DNA from: an uncultured Acidobacteriaceae bacterium
GTDB taxonomy: Bacteria; Acidobacteriota; Terriglobia; Terriglobales; Acidobacteriaceae
Direction of reading: 5' to 3'
Length of the DNA: 64,000 nt
Assembly (NCBI GenBank): GCA_963840675.1
Contig: CAWJAB010000054.1
Coordinates: forward strand, 85,196 to 149,195
Shown in pieces: positions 59,233-64,000 of the stretch; the stretch's first letter is position 1; the number at the start of each line of letters is the position of its first letter. The notes under the pieces are model-generated. The model saw only the letters and a list, made by a program, of their open reading frames with translations. It had not been told where the DNA came from and ran no database searches. Made by a program: the position numbers and the translations under genes.

Positions 59233-60875
59233 CGCGCACCTCCCTGGCGGCAGATGGAGTCGATGTGCCAGACCGGGCCGGGCGAGAGGGTCGACGCTTG
59301 CACACCTTGCAATTGCGGCGAGATGGCTTGAAGAGCATTGGGATATACCAGGTAAATAAATGGCTGCTGGTCGGCCACGATCTGTTGCACCCGGTCCACG
59401 GCCAGCTTGCGGTCGTGCTGCGAAGAACTGGATGCCTGTAGCTGCATTTGCCTGTCAATCTCCGCTTCCCATTCGGTTGCGGGAGTCTTTTCCGAGGGAT
59501 TCCACTGGTGGTTGGGCGAAGAGCTCAGCCACGTATTCATCATCGAGTTGGGATCTGGCTCAACATCCGATAGCCCAAGTAAACATGCTTCATAGTCCTG
59601 CTTGTGCATCAGCCGCTCGATCAGCGCGGGGAAATCCAGGGGAACGATGGTCACCTGCATTCCGATTGCAGCCAGGTCCTGCTGGATCATCGCGGCCATC
59701 TTCTGCCGCGCTGCATTACCAGAGTTAGTCACGATGGAAAACTTTACCGGGTTGCCGGCCGAGTCATACAGCTGATTTCCGCTACGATGAAATCCTGACG
59801 CGGCCAGCATCCGATTGGCCTCGGCGATGCTTTCATGGGGATACTGCAAATCGTCGTTATGCCATAGCTTGTTGGCCGGCGAGATGAAGCTGTAAGCCGG
59901 CGTGGCGTGGCCGTCGTAAGCGATACGCGCCAGGTCAGCACGATGGATCGCCGCGGAGACGGCAACGCGGAAGCCCTGGTTCTGGAACCACGCTGTCTCG
60001 AAGGCGGGCAGGGGAGCGGCCGAAGATTGGTTGAACCAGAGCTGCTCGGTATTGAGCGAGGCGCCAAGATCGTGGACGGATTGCGGCGACTTTTGCGCCA
60101 GCACGGCGAAGTAGGCCGGAGAGAGTCCATCGATCAGGTCGTACTCCCCGCGCAGGAATAGGGAAATCTCCTGCTCGCGGTTATTGAGAATATCGAGCCG
60201 CACACCCGTCGCGTAAGGTAGTTGCGCCCCGGCGGCGTCGCGGCGCCAGTAGTTCGGATTGCGGCGCAAGCGCACATATTGACCGCGCTGATACTCTGCC
60301 ACCGTGAATGGTCCGGAAGTCACACGGCCTTCGCTGGGACGATCGGCCGGCTCGATGGCGATCTCATCGAAGATCTGGCCAATGCCGATGATCCGTTTCG
60401 GCAGGTGGATCCTCACCGTGAGCTTGTCCGGCGTATCGACGGTGACTTCGCTGGGCGAAAGAAACTCCTGGGCGACCACGGCTTGGGTGGAAGGCGCAAG
60501 CACGCGCCGCAGCGACCACGCGACATCCGCTGAGGTCAACGGGGTGCCGTCGGAAAAGCGCAGCCCATCGCGCAGCTTGAACACAATCAATGTGCCTTGA
60601 GCCGAGACGTGAAAGCTCTCAGCGAGCTGGGGCTCGGGCTCTTGCGTTTGACGGTTGAGCCTTAAGAGCACGCCGCCCGTCAGGTAACGCACGAGTTCGG
60701 ATGCCTGTTCATCCACCTTCGCCGGGTCGAAGGTCTTTGGGTCATAGTGAATCGCCCACGCGAGTTCGCCGGGCTGCCTGGGAGCAGCCTGGCCTGAGGC
60801 AGATATTGGCTCAGAGATCACCAGCAGCGCCATGAGACCAGCAGACACCAACGACGAACGCAGTACGCTACGCAT
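59229..60875 (-). CDS. ABC transporter substrate-binding protein, family 5 (peptide/nickel/oligosaccharide type)
   Basis: ATG 60875 gives MRSVLRSSLVSAGLMALLVISEPISASGQ. FDPAKVDEQASELVRYLTGGVLLRLN, YVRLRRNPNYWR and LLGLSDVEPDPNSMMNTW are typical of SBP_bac_5. Confidence 0.75.
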   Translation of the reverse strand: MRSVLRSSLVSAGLMALLVISEPISASGQAAPRQPGELAWAIHYDPKTFDPAKVDEQASELVRYLTGGVLLRLNRQTQEPEPQLAESFHVSAQGTLIVFKLRDGLRFSDGTPLTSADVAWSLRRVLAPSTQAVVAQEFLSPSEVTVDTPDKLTVRIHLPKRIIGIGQIFDEIAIEPADRPSEGRVTSGPFTVAEYQRGQYVRLRRNPNYWRRDAAGAQLPYATGVRLDILNNREQEISLFLRGEYDLIDGLSPAYFAVLAQKSPQSVHDLGASLNTEQLWFNQSSAAPLPAFETAWFQNQGFRVAVSAAIHRADLARIAYDGHATPAYSFISPANKLWHNDDLQYPHESIAEANRMLAASGFHRSGNQLYDSAGNPVKFSIVTNSGNAARQKMAAMIQQDLAAIGMQVTIVPLDFPALIERLMHKQDYEACLLGLSDVEPDPNSMMNTWLSSSPNHQWNPSEKTPATEWEAEIDRQMQLQASSSSQHDRKLAVDRVQQIVADQQPFIYLVYPNALQAISPQLQGVQASTLSPGPVWHIDSICRQGGAR

Positions 60876-62523
60876 GCGTTTCGGCCTCGGTGGTGAAGGA
60901 CTCAAGAAGCAGCAGTACTGCGACGAGAAGGGCAATCGGCAGGTAGACCCAATGGGACCGGGCCAGCAGGGCGGAGTTGTCGAGTTCCAGCAGCATCGCA
61001 CCCCAGGAGGGCATCGGCTCCGCCACACCCAGTCCGAGCGCGCCCAGGTTTGCCTCTGCCATGATGAACGCCGGGATGCATATCAGAAACTGTGGCAGGA
61101 ACAGTGGACGGAGATGGGGCACGAGGTGCAGACGCATAAGTTGCCGGGTCTTGAGACCGCACGCGCGGCCCTGAATCATCCAATCGGCCGAACGAAGGAC
61201 CAGCGCGCCACGATAGATGGCTCGGGCGCAAGCCGGCCAGCCGAGGGCGGCGAGAACAAGGAAGGTGGTTACGGCCGTCTGCAGCGGCGAGGCGGTCAGC
61301 GGTAAGACAGAGCGAACCATCATCAACAGGAAGAGCCAGGGCAGAGACAGAAAGGCGTCGCTCAGGAACATAAGGATGGCAGCAACCCATCGGGGACTAA
61401 AGGCCGCAAGCAAGCCGAAAGACGCAGCCATGGTGGTGGTGACGGCTGCAGCGACGGTGGCGCCGGTCAAATCAATGAGGAGCGCTGCGGCGACGCGAAC
61501 CGTGCGGTCGCGGCCGAGTTCGTCGGTCCCCGTCCAGTGGCGGACGGTCGACGGAGCCATGGTCGCATCGCGGTCCTGGAAGGCGTAGTCATAGCGCGAT
61601 AACCGGAGTGCAACCACGCCACCAAGCATGAGCAGCAAAAGAATGGCAGCAGGCAGCCGCTTCTTCATGCCGCCTCCAACGTCACCGTGCGGGTCGAGAG
61701 CATCCCGGCAAAGTCCTACGACGCACGCCATCAGCAAACTGACCGCAACCAGCACCGGAAGGTCGCGGTTCATCACCGCGGACCACGCCAGCTGGCCCAG
61801 GCCGGGAACGGTGAAGATCACCTCAATGGGAACCAGGGCTCCCAGCGCGGTTACGATGGACAGCGTCGTGAGTGCGCACAATTGCGGGGTTACATTGGGA
61901 AGTATGTGCATCCTCAGCAAAGCCCGCGCCGGCAGGCCCTGCGCTCTGCCCTGCAGAAGATGGGGCGAGCGCCACGCGCGGTGCAACATGCTGCGAAGAA
62001 ACTTGAAGTCCCGCGCGGCGATGAGGAGCGAAAGCACCAGCACCGGGCCGCCCGCATCCGAAAGAATGCAGGCCGTCGCCATGGCCGCGGTTGGAATGGA
62101 CAGGAGCAGGGTGAAGGGCGCACCCCACAGAAGTCCGCCCTGTGACAGACGGCTGATCGGTAAGGCAGTGCAGGCCGCCAGCAGCCATCCAAGAAAAATG
62201 CCCTGGGCGAGAAGCACGGCCGAGACCCTCGCACGAGCGCCGATCAGTTGCACGACCGGCACGTTATATTGACGTGATTGGCCCAGGTCGCCGTGGAGCC
62301 AGCTCTTCACCTGGTGAATGGCGATCAGGGGAACGGCTTGTTGCTGGTTGTTTTGCGCCTGCATTTCCGATCGGGCCGCGGTGGCATATTTGGCATCCAT
62401 TTCACGGGAATCGGAGAAGAAGCCGGGAGCGAAGCGCACCAGCAGGATGGTTCCTGCGCCGGCGAAAAGCATGAGGAGCAGGGTACGCCCAGCTCGTGTC
62501 ACGATGGTCATCCGTAGACCCAT
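60868..62523 (-). CDS. Fused ABC permease (DppB-like and DppC-like halves in one ORF)
   Basis: The first half ends ..LCRDALDPH, as DppB-type permeases do. The second half begins MKKRLPAAILLLL..GTDELGRDRTV, as DppC-type permeases do. There is no stop codon or frame change between them. Confidence 0.7.
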   Translation of the reverse strand: MGLRMTIVTRAGRTLLLMLFAGAGTILLVRFAPGFFSDSREMDAKYATAARSEMQAQNNQQQAVPLIAIHQVKSWLHGDLGQSRQYNVPVVQLIGARARVSAVLLAQGIFLGWLLAACTALPISRLSQGGLLWGAPFTLLLSIPTAAMATACILSDAGGPVLVLSLLIAARDFKFLRSMLHRAWRSPHLLQGRAQGLPARALLRMHILPNVTPQLCALTTLSIVTALGALVPIEVIFTVPGLGQLAWSAVMNRDLPVLVAVSLLMACVVGLCRDALDPHGDVGGGMKKRLPAAILLLLMLGGVVALRLSRYDYAFQDRDATMAPSTVRHWTGTDELGRDRTVRVAAALLIDLTGATVAAAVTTTMAASFGLLAAFSPRWVAAILMFLSDAFLSLPWLFLLMMVRSVLPLTASPLQTAVTTFLVLAALGWPACARAIYRGALVLRSADWMIQGRACGLKTRQLMRLHLVPHLRPLFLPQFLICIPAFIMAEANLGALGLGVAEPMPSWGAMLLELDNSALLARSHWVYLPIALLVAVLLLLESFTTEAETHA

Positions 62524-62731
62524 GACACCTCAGTGAGCAAATAGGCTAACGGGTCGCCCCTTCCCGAGGTATCCCACGTTTAGGGACGCATATCGTCAGG
62601 CCCCCCCCGCACAAGCAAACCGTTAGGGAATTCGGAGGGCCGAAAATTGAAAAGCGGCGGGCAGACTGCCGATAGGGAGACCACAGCATGCCCGCGCTTG
62701 TGTCGGTTTTTGGGGCAGAAAGGCTGCTATT

Positions 62732-63145
62732 GTGATCCTTCAGCCCACCGGTGAACCCGAAGAAGGAGTGACCTTCGCAAGCAGGGAGCGCAGGCTAAGC
62801 CGTCGTGTCGGTTGCAAAGGATTCGCCGACGCCTTTGTTATTGAGACGGGGTATCTGTTTCGCGGGGAGATTCGGGACATCAGCGAAACCGGATGCTACA
62901 TCATGACCGATGCCCGGATGCGATTGGAACTCCTCACCGAGGTGGACCTTCTCTTCGTGTTGAACAATCGTAAGTATCAGACTCTTGCGCGCGTCATGAA
63001 GATCCGGCCTGGAAAGGGTGTGGGTCTTGAGTTCCTTTTTTCCGATCAGTCGGCAGAAGAGTCGTTCAAGGAGTTGAATCGCGGTTTGGGGGGCCGGTAC
63101 TTTCCTGTTAAGTCCGGATGTTTATCAGACGGTGCTGCGGGTTAA
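62732..63145 (+). CDS. PilZ-domain protein (putative c-di-GMP receptor)
   Basis: RERRLSRRV (RxxxR-type motif), then GEIRDISETGCYI (DxSxxG motif). GTG start. Confidence 0.6.
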   Translation: MILQPTGEPEEGVTFASRERRLSRRVGCKGFADAFVIETGYLFRGEIRDISETGCYIMTDARMRLELLTEVDLLFVLNNRKYQTLARVMKIRPGKGVGLEFLFSDQSAEESFKELNRGLGGRYFPVKSGCLSDGAAG

Positions 63146-63167
63146 CGCTAACTCATTCGCACGCTTC

Positions 63168-64000
63168 CTACGGCCGCCGGCGAATCCAGCCTGCTTCCAT
63201 ATCGCGCCCAATGGCGATCGGTTGATATACGAACTCATGTGGAATCTGCTCGACCAGACTTCTATCCAGCAGAAGGATGCGGGGCTCCGAGACTACCTCC
63301 GTATCCAGCGCCACGGGCGCAAAGGTATATCGGTCGAAGGGCGCATCCCCGGGAGGCTTGCCGGGTAAAACCTGCTGCACCTGGCGGCCGGAATAGAACA
63401 CGCTGGTGGCGATGGACCGGTCAGTCCCCTCCCACCAGGTGAGCACAGGGCCGGGCGGCCCCTGCCCGCCGTGGAAAATCCCGCGCAGAAGCGTGGCTGG
63501 CTCTCGACCGTCAGGGACTACCCTTCCATTCGCTTCCAGGGGGCTATGCAGCCGCTTTCGGCCTCCGCCGGTAAGCAGCACGCCGGCGACGTACAGCGAG
63601 ATGGCCATCCCGGCAAACACCATCCAGACCCGCAAGGAGTGTCGCCTGGTCAGCCACGCCCCGTTTGCATGCGCCAAATAAAGTCCCGTCAGCACGGCGA
63701 ACGCCGGATAAGAGGGCGCGATGTAGTGCGGGAGCCGCGTCTGCACCAGGGTGAAAAAGCCGACTACGACCAGCGCGAAGACCGCCCAGACGCGCAACTC
63801 CGCCCTGCGCACAGCGGCGGCAAGGGCAAACGGATACAGAAGAACGAACGGCGGTGCGGAGACCAGAAGCACCCAAAGGTAGTACCAGCCATGCGTGATG
63901 TGCCCTTCGAGCGGGGCACTCGCGCGCGCCAGCACATGAAACCCTACATACTCTCTCAGAAATCCCTGGCCAAAGCGCACCACCATGTACAGATGCCAGG
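63168..64000 (-). CDS. Glycosyltransferase family 39 (ArnT/PMT-like) membrane protein, C-terminal part (5' end outside window)
   Basis: The frame stays open to base 64000 (..WHLYMVVRF..). Several TM segments (WYYLWVLLVSAPPFVLLYPFAL; VFALVVVGFFTLVQTRLPHYIAPSYPAFAVL), then a soluble C-terminal domain. Confidence 0.5.
   Translation of the reverse strand, partial: WHLYMVVRFGQGFLREYVGFHVLARASAPLEGHITHGWYYLWVLLVSAPPFVLLYPFALAAAVRRAELRVWAVFALVVVGFFTLVQTRLPHYIAPSYPAFAVLTGLYLAHANGAWLTRRHSLRVWMVFAGMAISLYVAGVLLTGGGRKRLHSPLEANGRVVPDGREPATLLRGIFHGGQGPPGPVLTWWEGTDRSIATSVFYSGRQVQQVLPGKPPGDAPFDRYTFAPVALDTEVVSEPRILLLDRSLVEQIPHEFVYQPIAIGRDMEAGWIRRRP

Noticed and set aside
62605-62710. Definite identification as a c-di-GMP-I (GEMM-I) riboswitch
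   Set aside because: Only the flanking segments resemble the consensus. The ACGCAAAGCC-like element (GGACGCATATCG, 62581-62592) lies upstream of the GCAAACC segment rather than after it. It is reported only as an unclassified structured leader.

Overview
High-GC (about 60% by spot counts) chromosomal segment. The gene content suggests a soil Acidobacteriota (Terriglobia-like) genome, but the taxon is inference only. That content is a 1177-aa CarboxypepD_reg-type TonB-dependent receptor, many Tat/Sec-exported glycoside hydrolases, PQQ propeller dehydrogenases and dispersed GGGATGACAA-type palindromic repeats. Bases 1-36540 form a carbohydrate and sugar-acid accessory region. It holds two PQQ dehydrogenases, a haem-c protein, an ACS-type MFS transporter, GH5, GH2 and GH18 enzymes, and cupin-like secreted proteins. 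It also holds a TonB receptor / BBE-like flavoprotein oxidase / lactonase operon, two UxuA-like dehydratases, one ManD-like dehydratase, and HpcH-type and RraA-type aldolases. The purS-glmS housekeeping pair is embedded in this region. Bases 36541-64000 are mostly regulatory, envelope and housekeeping genes. These include a 7TM-DISM PP2C phosphatase with a LytTR regulator, two ECF sigma modules, rlmB, asmA, two lepB copies, rnc and tRNA-Ala(GGC). They also include an HD-GYP/GAF protein, an S8 protease, a peptide-type ABC importer, a PilZ protein and a GT39 fragment. I recognised no rRNA, CRISPR, transposase, integrase or prophage genes. Five points stand out. (1) Nearly every enzyme of a non-phosphorylative sugar oxidation route carries a Tat or Sec export signal. 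(2) A TonB-receptor/oxidase/lactonase operon sits beside chitin/chitosan-type hydrolases. (3) A 24-nt direct-repeat motif is shared by three promoter regions. (4) At least three families of dispersed palindromic repeats are present. (5) About 15 frame disruptions affect 12 genes and cannot be assigned to assembly indels or real pseudogenes from sequence alone. All family assignments come from motifs read by eye; no database search was run.
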